NCBI GenBank assembly: GCA_050950825.1
Contig: JBMNIH010000009.1
Coordinates: 1 to 64,000, forward strand
Source: Clostridia bacterium
GTDB lineage: Bacteria; Bacillota; Clostridia; JAAYHZ01
Reading direction: 5' to 3'
Length of the DNA stretch: 64,000 bases
Shown here one piece after another: positions 53,048-63,900 of this stretch; position 1 is the first letter of the stretch, and each line of letters opens with the position of its first letter. Below the pieces are notes generated by a model, which worked only from the letters and a program-made list of their open reading frames with translations, had not been told where the DNA came from and searched no databases. Both the position numbers and the translations under genes were made by a program.

Positions 53048-53980
53048 ATGTTTACGATTTCGAACGGTGTATATCCTACCATGATTACACCCTATACAAA
53101 GGACAACGAGGTGGATTACGAGAATGTGAAAAGGATCGCCTCTTGGTATATTCAAAAGGGCTGCGAAGGTATATTTTCCGTATGCCAGTCAAGCGAAATG
53201 TTCTATCTTAGCTTGGATGAAAGAGTGAACATTGCAAAAACCGTGAAGAATACGGCGGGACCGAATGTCTGTGTAGTGGCATCCGGACATACGGGCAGTT
53301 CCATCGAAGAACAGGCTTATGAATTGAATGCCATGGCGGAAACCGGCGTTGACGGTATCGTGCTGGTCAGCAATCGTTTGGATATGCATAACGACGGCGA
53401 TACGGTATGGATCAAAAACGCCGAAAAGCTTTTATCAAAAATCAAGTCCGACATCCCCTTGGGTATTTACGAGTGCCCTCATCCGTATAAAAAGCTGTTA
53501 TCTTCGGCCATACTGAATTGGATGAAAGAAACGAATCGATTCGTCTTTATTAAAGATACCTGCTGCAGCCCGAATCTTCTAAAGCAAAGATTGGAGCTTT
53601 TACGGGGAAGCGGTATCAAGCTGTACAATGCCAACGGCCAAACGCTTTTGTATTCCTTGCGTTTAGGCGCGGGAGGCTACTCCGGCATCATGGCCAATTT
53701 CCATCCGGAGATTTACGTTTGGCTGTGCAAAAACCCTGATCATCCCTATGCGGAAAAAGTACAGACTTTTTTAAGCTTGTATGCTTTTACGGAAGCGTTA
53801 CCTTATCCTCTGACCGCCAAATACCGTATGTCATTAGAAGGCATACCGGTCAATCTCGAATCGAGAATGGTGGACAAAAAAAGGTGGGACGACTTTGCGA
53901 AATTTATGATCCACCAATTATTGGATATCGAAAAAGAAACGATTGAATATATCAAGAAAATGGATAGTAAATCGATATAA
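53048..53980 (+). CDS. Dihydrodipicolinate synthase-family aldolase/lyase
   Basis: GVYPTMITPY, CQSSEMFYLS, GIYECP, IKDT (Schiff-base Lys), GYSGIMANF. Confidence 0.88.
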   Translation: MFTISNGVYPTMITPYTKDNEVDYENVKRIASWYIQKGCEGIFSVCQSSEMFYLSLDERVNIAKTVKNTAGPNVCVVASGHTGSSIEEQAYELNAMAETGVDGIVLVSNRLDMHNDGDTVWIKNAEKLLSKIKSDIPLGIYECPHPYKKLLSSAILNWMKETNRFVFIKDTCCSPNLLKQRLELLRGSGIKLYNANGQTLLYSLRLGAGGYSGIMANFHPEIYVWLCKNPDHPYAEKVQTFLSLYAFTEALPYPLTAKYRMSLEGIPVNLESRMVDKKRWDDFAKFMIHQLLDIEKETIEYIKKMDSKSI

Positions 53981-53996
53981 AGCTCCGATATAAAAA

Positions 53997-54036
53997 AATA
54001 AAGGCCGGCCGTCCGAAAGAACGACCGACCTTTATA
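53997..54036. terminator. Bidirectional terminator
   Basis: ATAAAGG-CCGG-CCGT...ACG-ACCG-ACCTTTAT between convergent genes. Confidence 0.65.
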
Positions 54037-54038
54037 TT

Positions 54039-54983
54039 TTACAGAATTTCGTCGTAAAAAACGCTTTTAAATCCGTTTTCACTTACGATTCTCACGGCCG
54101 TTTCGATTTTCTTTGTGTAATTCGGCTGATAGGAGCGGTATTTCGGATAAAAATATTGTTCGTGGGTTCCGAATCCTATGTATTCTTTATCCAAATCCTG
54201 CGTTATCAATGCGGCGATTTTTTCGGGCTGCAGGCGGTCCAAAACGAATTTCACGGTGGATTTAAATTTCAATCCGGTTTTCTCGTCCGTGTAGTATTTT
54301 ATCGTATCCATTTGATCCGTATAGGCTTCGTCACTGATATGATTGTATCCTTTCAACCGCAGCATGTTCACATCGGGGGACAGGTGGTGATACACCCATG
54401 AAGCGGATTCGGTACGGTTTTGAAAAAGACGATCCCGGTGTGCATCCGATAAACCGGATAAATCGTCGTCGAAAGGCAAAACCCTTCCGTGTGTTGCGTT
54501 TAAGCATTGTACGCCTACATCCGCCAAAGCTATACAGCCTTCGTAGCTTACGCAGTTCCAGTGGGCAACCATTTGGGAATAGGAAAAGGTATCCTCTCCT
54601 GCAAAACGATAGACTTCGTCACGGACGCGAGTAAAAGCATCCTTCATTTCGTCGTATGTAACATTGATGAAAGGATAGTCGGGAAACTCGGCTTTTGCAT
54701 GGAATGCAAGCCGTAACCAACGAGAATTGGCCTTCCATTCCTCTTTGTAGCAATCCGGCATTTCCGAAAGGTTAAAAGAGCCTTTTTCGCCTAAAGGATC
54801 GCTGAGAGGATGGGTTTCAAAGAATACGTTTAATTGCACTTTCATGCCGTACTTGTCATGCAAGCTTTTTAAAAATGCCAAATAGGCATGGTCAAACAAA
54901 GAAGAAGGCCGCTCCCTTGCGATGTCCCTTAAAAACCAAATGTTGTCGTCTATGAAAAAATAGTATACGCTCATATCTGTCAC
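54039..54983 (-). CDS. Hypothetical protein, possibly polysaccharide-deacetylase-like barrel
   Basis: FFIDD near the N-terminus, LAFH and HEQY metal-ligand-like motifs. Confidence 0.5.
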   Translation of the reverse strand: MTDMSVYYFFIDDNIWFLRDIARERPSSLFDHAYLAFLKSLHDKYGMKVQLNVFFETHPLSDPLGEKGSFNLSEMPDCYKEEWKANSRWLRLAFHAKAEFPDYPFINVTYDEMKDAFTRVRDEVYRFAGEDTFSYSQMVAHWNCVSYEGCIALADVGVQCLNATHGRVLPFDDDLSGLSDAHRDRLFQNRTESASWVYHHLSPDVNMLRLKGYNHISDEAYTDQMDTIKYYTDEKTGLKFKSTVKFVLDRLQPEKIAALITQDLDKEYIGFGTHEQYFYPKYRSYQPNYTKKIETAVRIVSENGFKSVFYDEIL

Positions 54984-55147
54984 ATCCTTTTCATTTATTT
55001 CCTGAAAATAAGCGCATCTTAATAGATATTGTGGTACTTATGTACAATTATACCACAATGAACTTTTTAAACCCTTTTACTTTTATTATGCTTTAAAGGA
55101 ATGAAGGTTTTATAGTATACTGAAGCTGCAAAGGAAGGATGGTCCCC

Positions 55148-55336
55148 ATGAAAAAGAAAGCACAATCAAAATGTGAATCTTGCTATCATTACACCTACGA
55201 CGAGGATTACGGCTATTATACCTGCCAAATCGACTTGGACATTGACGATATGGAAAGGTTTTTAACCGATACCTTTCGCCATTGTCCCTATTACCAATAC
55301 AACGACGAATACATCATTGTAAAGAAGCAAAATTAA
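55148..55336 (+). CDS. Small Cys-containing protein (DUF6472-like)
   Basis: CESC..Y.YDED..YY.C..DLD.DD...F....CPYY...DEY.IV.KQ pattern. Confidence 0.7.
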   Translation: MKKKAQSKCESCYHYTYDEDYGYYTCQIDLDIDDMERFLTDTFRHCPYYQYNDEYIIVKKQN

Positions 55337-55366
55337 CCGATCCGCGGGAGAAAGGAAAGAAAGCCT

Positions 55367-56425
55367 ATGAACCTTCAATATACGGAAAAATGCAGTATAC
55401 CTGAAAACGGTTTTTTTGGTGAAGACCAAGCCTTGATGCCTTTGTTCGAAAAGGATGAGGAGCAAACCCTTGAAATTTGGGAGCAAAAACGTAAAATTCT
55501 TATCGAACAGTGGCAAAAGGTAATCGGAGAGCCCTCATATACGGATTACGAAAAGACAACGAAGGTCATCGAAAAGTTTGAACATCCGGAATTTTACGGA
55601 ACCGTATGCAAGCAATCCGTCGGTCCTATGAACAAGCAATTGGTATTGATTATGGAGCCCAAAAATCCCGTAAAAACACCGAGACCGGGAGCGATTGTGC
55701 CCTTCTATCGGCCGGATGCCATGGCGGGATTTGACCTTGCGCAAAAAACACCGATTGAAGACGGGAAAAATGTTCAATTCGGCCTTCATCTTGTCCGCCA
55801 AGGGTATGTTGCAGTTTGCACCGAAGCTTTTCCTTTCAATACCGTTCCGGAATTTAACGATGACAAGGGCTTGGCCCGGTGGAAGGTGGCGGCGGAAAAA
55901 TTGTTGAAAGAAAACCCCGGGTGGACGGGAATCGGAAAGCTGATCCAAGATACAAGCCGCGGCGTCGATCTTTTGTTAAGCCTCGAAAATATCGACCCGG
56001 AACGGATTGTAGCCGTTGGCCATTCCTTAGGAGGTAAAATGGTCTTTTGCACCGCCGCATTCGATGAAAGAATCAAATGCGTTATCGCTTCGGATTTCGG
56101 CATCGGATGGAGCTTTACCAACTGGAACGATATTTGGTATTACGGTAAAAAGATCAATGAAAAGGATTTTCCGTTGGCGAATCATCAGCTTCTTGCCCTG
56201 ATAGCGCCTCGCTCCTTCCTGTTGGTCGCCGGCTTATACGACAAAACGGAAAGCCTGCAGTATCTTTCGGAAGCAAAAAAGGTGTATGCTCTTTACCGAA
56301 GAGAGAATCGTGTAGGGATGTTCGATCACAAATCCGGACATCGCCCTCCGGAATATGCCATGGATATCGCCTACAAATGGCTTGCCGAGCAATTCGAATT
56401 GCCCTATAGGGAATGGAATTTTTAG
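55367..56425 (+). CDS. Alpha/beta hydrolase (dienelactone-hydrolase/carbohydrate-esterase-like)
   Basis: GHSLGGK nucleophile elbow, AAFDERI, LLALIAPR, C-terminal GH. Confidence 0.8.
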   Translation: MNLQYTEKCSIPENGFFGEDQALMPLFEKDEEQTLEIWEQKRKILIEQWQKVIGEPSYTDYEKTTKVIEKFEHPEFYGTVCKQSVGPMNKQLVLIMEPKNPVKTPRPGAIVPFYRPDAMAGFDLAQKTPIEDGKNVQFGLHLVRQGYVAVCTEAFPFNTVPEFNDDKGLARWKVAAEKLLKENPGWTGIGKLIQDTSRGVDLLLSLENIDPERIVAVGHSLGGKMVFCTAAFDERIKCVIASDFGIGWSFTNWNDIWYYGKKINEKDFPLANHQLLALIAPRSFLLVAGLYDKTESLQYLSEAKKVYALYRRENRVGMFDHKSGHRPPEYAMDIAYKWLAEQFELPYREWNF

Positions 56426-56537
56426 CTTTTAGGGAAACTTCGATTATACGCAACCTGTCAATTGCGTTTTGTATCGTTTCCCGATAGTCTGATATAAAAG
56501 GCGAATAAGGAAAGAATGAAGAATAACAGGAGGATCC

Positions 56538-57581
56538 ATGCTCGACATCATAAACTACGGCTATGATCCGACACTCGAACCGATTCCGGAAGGAATTGAA
56601 GTTGCACGGGTAGCGGCGGTATATAAGGAACGTTACGAACTCATATGCCGTTACGGTTTGATTTACGGACGTCTTAAATCAAGCGTATATTACGATAAAA
56701 ACGAGGAATTTCCCACAACCGGGGATTTTGTTTGGATACAATACAATCCTTCCGGAGACAGTGTCATCATCAAGACATTGGAAAGAAAATCCTTCTTTTC
56801 GCGCTTGGACCCGATACCCGGAAAAGGGATGCAGGCCGTAGCGGCGAATTTCGATTACGTGTTCATACTCACATCATTGAACCGAGATTTTAATTTGAAA
56901 CGATTGGAACGCTATCTGGCCCTTTCCTGGCAAAGCGGCGGCATTCCCGTCATTTTACTTACCAAATCCGATTTGATTGAGGACCCTTCCGAATACGTGA
57001 AACAGGTTGAAAAGACGGCAAAAAACGTGTTGGTCCATACCATCAGCGTAAAAACCGGTTACGGGCTTCAAGACCTTTCCGAATACTTAAAGCCGCGTAA
57101 AACCGTCGTACTTTTAGGTTCCTCGGGGGTCGGAAAATCCAGCCTCATAAATGCATTGGCCGGCAGTGAAATCATGAAAGTAAATGAAATTCGGGAAGAC
57201 GATGCCCGAGGACGGCATACCACGACAAAACGCCAATTGATTCCGCTTTCATGCGGTGCCATGATCATCGACACCCCGGGCATGCGTTCCGTGGGTATGC
57301 AGGATACGGAGCAAGGATTAGGGGAAGCTTTTTCCGATGTGGAAGAATACTTTGGCAAGTGCCGATTCAAAGACTGTAAGCATTCAAAGGAGCCGGGTTG
57401 TGCAATAAAGGCGGCGTTACAAAACGGGGAGCTTTCCTTGGAACGATGGAACAGTTATCTGCAATTAAAAAGAGAATCGGAATATTCCGAGGATCCTTTT
57501 GAATACTTGAAGAAAAAGAAAGAAAAGTTTAAGACCATTGCCAAGATCAACAAGGAAAAGTACAAGGGAAGAATCGAGTAA
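56538..57581 (+). CDS. rsgA: Ribosome small subunit-dependent GTPase A (circularly permuted GTPase)
   Basis: TKSDL, GSSGVGKSSLIN, GRHTTT, IDTPGMR, CRFKDCKH..EPGC. Confidence 0.93.
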   Translation: MLDIINYGYDPTLEPIPEGIEVARVAAVYKERYELICRYGLIYGRLKSSVYYDKNEEFPTTGDFVWIQYNPSGDSVIIKTLERKSFFSRLDPIPGKGMQAVAANFDYVFILTSLNRDFNLKRLERYLALSWQSGGIPVILLTKSDLIEDPSEYVKQVEKTAKNVLVHTISVKTGYGLQDLSEYLKPRKTVVLLGSSGVGKSSLINALAGSEIMKVNEIREDDARGRHTTTKRQLIPLSCGAMIIDTPGMRSVGMQDTEQGLGEAFSDVEEYFGKCRFKDCKHSKEPGCAIKAALQNGELSLERWNSYLQLKRESEYSEDPFEYLKKKKEKFKTIAKINKEKYKGRIE

Positions 57582-57611
57582 CGGTAAATTCTTAATTTAA
57601 CGAATGCGAAT

Positions 57612-57642
57612 AAGCATGTACCTTTACGGTATGTGCTTTTTT
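57612..57642 (+). terminator. Terminator after rsgA
   Basis: AAGCATGTACC-TTTAC-GGTATGTGCTTTTTT. Confidence 0.7.
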
Positions 57643-57754
57643 CATGTAAATAAAAAATATCGCGAATTAAATACGGTGAAAAAGTCGAAACGTTATGATA
57701 CAATCACGATACAAATGGTGAACCAAATTCATTTGAAAAAAAGGAGAAGCCGTT

Positions 57755-60700
57755 ATGAAACGTTTTGAACGTGACACCGTGAAAACTTCTCGGACCTTTT
57801 ACACCGATGAAAAATTGCGCAATGCAAAGAAAAATATCGAGAAGTTCGAATGGGCAAGAAAAGAAAAAGAGAAGGCTGTAAAAATGGCCGAGGAATTTTT
57901 GGCATACGGAGTTCCCAACCTGCTGACGTATGTGACACAGCAAAACATTCCTCGAAGCTACGGGGTCAATCAAATGAAAGGCTGCCCGGTTTGCGGCAAA
58001 GGCATCGATAAGTACGGTAATTATCCTTATCTTGCCGACATTTTCAACAGGCCTTTCAAACTGCAGTGTCCGAATTGCAAATCCCTTTTCCCGTCCAACG
58101 ATTTCGATTCCTACTACAAAAGCGGACTGGACGAAAACGGAAGATTTCATTATGAAAAAGCCGATCCGAAATATTTGGTAAACGAACTGTATCCCGATAA
58201 GCCCTCCGACTGGTGTGTTGACAACGGATTCGGATGGGTGGATCCGGAAGGATGCAAGACAAAATCCTATTCCATGGTATACGACAAAAACGGATATCAT
58301 CAAAAAGATACCACCACCGGAGACAATCGTTATACCTTTATCGCCTATTACAACCACTGGTTCATATGGATGACCTGGCAAGGCGTCGGTATGGTTACAT
58401 GTGCCATATCCGCGTTACGAGATGCGTACCTATACACGGATGACCCGAAATACGCCAAAGCGGGGCTGATGCTTTTAAACCGTGTTGCGGACTTTTACAA
58501 AGAATACGATGCCTGCGTCTATAAATGGGAAGACAATTTCCGCCACTCGGGAGGCGCATGGGGCAAAATCGTAGGCTCTATCTGGGAAGAAAGCGTTGTG
58601 AACCAATTCATTAAAGCATACGATGCCTTTTTCCCCGCCATTACGGAGGAAGTCGTTCAAGAAATCAATGCACATCCCTTCTACAAAAACAATCCCGTAT
58701 CTCCGAAAAACGCCGAAGACATTAAATTGAATATCGAGAACAATATTCTCTACCAAATTCTACCGGAAGTAAAGAACCACAGAATACGCGGCAATTTCGG
58801 TATGCATCAGGAAAGCATCGCTTTGGCCGCTTTGGTTCTTCAAAACGATGAATACTTCAAATACAGCATCGATACCATCATGGAGACCACGGACGGCCAG
58901 CCGTGGGGTGTGGGAAACATTGAAAATGTATTGATCAACGAGATTGACCATGACGGATGCGGAAACGAAACCGCCGCCGGGTACAACGGAATTTGGATCA
59001 ACGGTATGAGTGCCATTGCCGACATATTGAAGGGGACTTCGAAGGATCTGTACAACAATAAAAAGTTTTTAAAGATGCACGACCTCGAAATCCCGTATAT
59101 CGTTGCGGATCGATATACTTTAAACATCGGAGATTCCGGTATTGCCGGAAATCCACACACCGTCGTATACAAAGACCCTCAAATTGCCCTGTTCCTTCAC
59201 AACGGCAACGTACAAAGCGCACAGCTTCTGGATTTGGATGCGAAGGTTCGAAAACAAAAGGGGGAAAACGGCTCCATTGTTCAGAACATGCTTATCGATT
59301 GTGAAAAAGTAGAAGAAGACATCGTCAAAACCATTGAAAAACACGGCCCCTTCCGGTCCGTCAGCGAAAACTACAGCGGATACGGCATCGCCAAATACGA
59401 AATTCGAAATGAAGCCCAAGAGCCGAAAAGCGTATGGATGTATTACGGGCGAAACACCGGCCACGGACATAAAGACACATTGATGTTGGGCTTTTTCGGG
59501 TACGGCGTATTTCTAAACCCGGACCACGGTTACCCCTGCTTTGCAGACGGCAATTTCGAACGCAGCCGCTGGACCGTAAATACCCTATCTCACGATACGG
59601 TTTCGGTAGACGAAGGCCCCGGAAAGAACCACGTCGTCGGCATTCCTCATCACTTCGATGCAAGAGAAAAAATCGGCGTTATGGACACGGAAGCGCCTCT
59701 TCTGTATGAGCAAACCTCATGCTATCGAAGAACGTCGGTTACGGTGAACTTGGACGGCGCCGCATACACCGCCGACTTTTTCAGAGTGGCGGGAGGAAAA
59801 GACCATCGGTACGTATTCCACGGTGCGGAAGGTGAGGCTCAAACGACGGGCTTGAACCCGGTCGCCCAAATGCGTGGAACCTATGCCGGAGAAGACGTTA
59901 AGTTTGCATCGGAAGAATACGATCGTAAATCTCGCAGCGGCTTTAACTATTTGTACGACGTAAAAAGAGATTCTTCGGTGAAAGGCTCTTTTACGGTGGA
60001 TTGGAAAGTAAAAGACACCTTCAAAGTATGGAATAAGGAAAGAGACGTCCACATTGCCGTTACGGTTTTGGATCCGCCGTACGAAGCCGTCCTTGCAAAA
60101 GGCCAACCGCCGCAAAACAAGCCCGGCAACCCGAAGGAATATACCTATTTGATCGTTCATAACAAGGGCGAAAATTTGGAAAGCCAATTTGCAACCGTCA
60201 TCGAATCCTATGAAAACGATAGCGCCGTATTGAATGCGGAAGCCTTGCCTATCGCTTGCGAAGACGGAAGCGATCCCGGGTATCTTGCCAAAGCGGTGAA
60301 GGTTACGATGAAAAACGGTCGCATCGATTATATTTTAAACGCCATTGATCAAAGAACCTACGTTGTCGACAACGGAAAGATGAAGTTCAAGGGATTTCTT
60401 GCGGTTATCAGCGAAAAAGACGGCCGTGTTTGCTACAAGTATGCGAATGATCTTTCCTACTTGAAATTCAAGGATCAGGAGCTTGTCAAGGGGGATCTGT
60501 TCGTAACGGGAATCGTTATTGATTTTACCAAAGAAAGCAGTTTGGATAACAGAATCATCGTGAAGCTTGATACCGACGTATGTCCTTCCAAGCTTACTCA
60601 TGCATACACGGATATCGAAACCGATAAGATCCGAAACGGATGCTACAAAATCCTCTCCGCTCAAAAGAACCGAGACGGTTTGTACGAATTGAATATCGGA

Positions 60701-60808
60701 GACATTACATTGATTCGCGCTTTGGTTAACGAGGGCCAAGAAGAAAAATACGTATACAATATAGCCGAAGGCGCCAAAATACGTATACCGTTGGCCAAGG
60801 AAGAATAA
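57755..60808 (+). CDS. Heparinase II/III-like polysaccharide lyase, paralog A (1017 aa)
   Basis: Helical N-half (AYLYTDDPKYAKAG), NE..GY, GHGHKD, D.GYP, W..NTLSHDTV motifs; N-terminal CPVC/CPNC; no signal peptide. Confidence 0.7.
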   Translation: MKRFERDTVKTSRTFYTDEKLRNAKKNIEKFEWARKEKEKAVKMAEEFLAYGVPNLLTYVTQQNIPRSYGVNQMKGCPVCGKGIDKYGNYPYLADIFNRPFKLQCPNCKSLFPSNDFDSYYKSGLDENGRFHYEKADPKYLVNELYPDKPSDWCVDNGFGWVDPEGCKTKSYSMVYDKNGYHQKDTTTGDNRYTFIAYYNHWFIWMTWQGVGMVTCAISALRDAYLYTDDPKYAKAGLMLLNRVADFYKEYDACVYKWEDNFRHSGGAWGKIVGSIWEESVVNQFIKAYDAFFPAITEEVVQEINAHPFYKNNPVSPKNAEDIKLNIENNILYQILPEVKNHRIRGNFGMHQESIALAALVLQNDEYFKYSIDTIMETTDGQPWGVGNIENVLINEIDHDGCGNETAAGYNGIWINGMSAIADILKGTSKDLYNNKKFLKMHDLEIPYIVADRYTLNIGDSGIAGNPHTVVYKDPQIALFLHNGNVQSAQLLDLDAKVRKQKGENGSIVQNMLIDCEKVEEDIVKTIEKHGPFRSVSENYSGYGIAKYEIRNEAQEPKSVWMYYGRNTGHGHKDTLMLGFFGYGVFLNPDHGYPCFADGNFERSRWTVNTLSHDTVSVDEGPGKNHVVGIPHHFDAREKIGVMDTEAPLLYEQTSCYRRTSVTVNLDGAAYTADFFRVAGGKDHRYVFHGAEGEAQTTGLNPVAQMRGTYAGEDVKFASEEYDRKSRSGFNYLYDVKRDSSVKGSFTVDWKVKDTFKVWNKERDVHIAVTVLDPPYEAVLAKGQPPQNKPGNPKEYTYLIVHNKGENLESQFATVIESYENDSAVLNAEALPIACEDGSDPGYLAKAVKVTMKNGRIDYILNAIDQRTYVVDNGKMKFKGFLAVISEKDGRVCYKYANDLSYLKFKDQELVKGDLFVTGIVIDFTKESSLDNRIIVKLDTDVCPSKLTHAYTDIETDKIRNGCYKILSAQKNRDGLYELNIGDITLIRALVNEGQEEKYVYNIAEGAKIRIPLAKEE

Positions 60809-60811
60809 CAA

Positions 60812-60872
60812 AAAGAAAAAGGCTGCTGCATTCCAAAGGAAAACCTCTTATGAATGCAGAGCCTTTTTCTTT
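60812..60872 (+). terminator. Terminator-like hairpin between the two lyase paralogs
   Basis: AAAGAAAAAGGCT-G-CTGCATTC...GAATGCAG-AGCCTTTTTCTTT. Confidence 0.75.
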
Positions 60873-60902
60873 ATACCAAAACCTTGAAAAGGAGTAGCCG
60901 AC

Positions 60903-63900
60903 ATGAAATTCTTTGAACACGATACCGTGAAGACTTCCCGAACCTTTTATACCGACGAAAAAATACGAAATGCAAAGAAAAACATCGAAAGATTCGATCG
61001 GGCAAGAAAAGAAAAAGAAAGAGTCGTGCAATTAGCCGAGGAATATTTGGCTTACGGAATAAACAATCTTTTGACTTACGTGACGCAGCAGAATCTTCCC
61101 CGAAGCTATAGCGTAAACGAAATGAAGGGTTGTCCGGTCTGCGGGAAAGATATCGATCGATTCGGTAATTACCCTTACATTGCCGATATTTTCCAAAAGC
61201 CTTTCAAACTTCAATGTCCCAATTGCCAATCGGTTTTTCCTTCCAACGATTTTGATTCTTACTACAAAAGCGGGTTGGACGAAAACGGAAGATTTCATTA
61301 TGAAAAAGCCGATCCGAAATACTTGGTAAACGAATTGTATCCGGACAAGCCTTCCGATTGGTGTACCGACAACGGATTCGGATGGGTGGATCCGGAAGGC
61401 TGCAAAACAAAATCCTATTCCTATGTCTATGACAAAGAAAAGGGCATGGTATTCAAGGAGACCACCGTAGGGGACAATCGCTATACCTTCATCGCCTATT
61501 ACAACCACTGGTTCATCTGGATGACCTGGCAAGACAAGACGATGGTTACGGGCGCCATATCCGCGTTACGAGATGCGTACCTATACACGGATGACCCGAA
61601 ATACGCCAAAGCGGGGCTGATGCTTTTAAACCGGGTTGCGGACTTTTACAAAGAATTCGATGCTTGTATCTACAAATGGGAAGACAACTTTCGTCATTCG
61701 GGAGGCGCATGGGGTAAAATCGTAGGCTCCATATGGGAAGAAAGTGTTGTGAATCAATTTGCAAAGGCCTACGACGCCTTTTTCCCGGCCATTACGGAAG
61801 ATACGGTCCGAGAAATCAACGCCCATCCCTTCTACAAAAGCAATCCCCAAGCCCCGAATACGACGGAGGATATTAAACGAAACATAGAAAACAATATCCT
61901 TTATCAAATCCTTCCGGAAGTGAAAAATCACAGAATCCGAGGCAACTTCGGCATGCATCAGGAAAGCATTGCCTTAGCGGCTTTGGTTCTTCAAAACGAA
62001 GAATACTTTCGGCACAGCATCGATGCCATTATGTCCTTCTCGGACGGCAGTTCTAGGGGCATAGGAAACATTGAAAAGGTGCTGATCGATGAAATCGACC
62101 ATGACGGATGCGGTAACGAGACCTCCATCGGCTACAACGGCATATGGCTCAATACTTTAAGTACCATTGCCGATATTTTAAGAGGAACTCCTTCGGATCT
62201 TTATAAGAACATCAAATTTTTAAAAATGCATAACCTGGAGATTCCTTCTATTATTGCCGATCGATATACTTTGAATATCGGCGATTCGGGTCATGCCGGA
62301 AATCCCGAGACCGTTGTGAATATAAATCCCCATATCGCTTTGCTTCAAAATTATGCCGACGTAACAAGCGCCCGGCTTTTGGATTTAGCACAAAGGGTAA
62401 AGAAAGAAAAAGGAGAAGAGGGTGCCTTTTATCAAAATATGTTTGTCGATTGGGAAAAGACGAATCGAAATATTGCAAAAATCGTTGAAAAACACGGTCC
62501 TTTTCGATCCGTCAGTGAAAACTACAGCGGTTACGGTCTTGCCAAATACGAGATACGGAATGAAGCCCAAGAACCGAGAAGCGTATGGATGTATTACGGT
62601 CGAAATACCGGCCATGCTCACAAAGACACTTTGATGCTGGGCTTTTTCGGATACGGCGTATTTTTAAATCCGGATCACGGTTATCCCTGTTATACCGACG
62701 GCAACTTTGAGCTTCGCAACTGGACCGGCAATACCCTATCTCACGATACGGTTCTTGTAGGCGAAGAACCGGGGAATAACCATGTGGTCGGTATTCCTCA
62801 TCATTATGATGCAAAGGAATCCGTCGGCGTTATGGATATCGAAGCTCCTCTTTTATACGAGCAAACATCCTGCTACCGAAGAACGGCGATCACGGTGAAC
62901 AGGGACGGTATCGTATATACCGTCGACTTATTCCGAGTAGCGGGAGGAAACGATCATCGGTACGTATTCCACGGTGCGGAAGGAGAGGCGCAAGCTACGG
63001 GCTTGAACCCGGTCGCTCAAAAGCGGGGAACCTATGCCGGGGAAGAGGTGGAATTCGCTTCGGAAGAGTACGATCGAAAATCTCGCAGCGGCTTTAACTA
63101 TTTGTACGATATCAAAAGAGACCCTTCGGTGAAAGGCTCCTTTACGGTGGATTGGAAAATTAAAGACACTTTTAAGGTATGGGAAAAGGATAGAGACGTT
63201 CATATTGCAATCACGGTTTTGGACCCTCCCGACGAAGCGGTTCTTGCAAAAGGCCAACCGCCGCAAAACAAGCCCGGCAATCCGAAGGAATATACCTATT
63301 TGATCCTTCATAACAAAGGGGAGGACATCGAAAGCCAATTTGCAGCCTTAATCGAATCCTATGAAAACGATAGCGCCGTATTGAATGCGGAAGCCTTGCC
63401 TATCGCTTGCGAAGACGGAAGCGATGCCGGGTATCTTGCAAAAGCAGTGAAGGTGACGATGAAAAACGGACGCATCGATTACATTCTAAACGCCATTGAT
63501 CAAAGGACTTACGTTGTCGGAAACGGAGAATTCGAATTCAAGGGCTTTCTTGCAATCATCAGCGAAAAGGACGGCCGTGTTTGCTACAAGTACGCAAACG
63601 ATCTTTCCTACTTGAAATTCATGGATCAGGAGCTTGTAACGGAGGATCTTTTCGTAACGGGAACCGTTATTGATTTTACCAAAGAAAGCAGTTTGGACAA
63701 CACAATCGTCGTGAAGCTTGATACCGACGTATGTCCTTCCAAGCTTTTCGGTGCTTACACGGATATCGAAACCGACAAGATCCGAAACGGATGCTATAAA
63801 GTCCTCTCCGCCGAGAAGAATAAAGACGGGTTGTACGAATTGAATATCGGAGACATTACGTTGATTCGTGCCGCGACGGGGGATGTCGGCCAATACGAAT

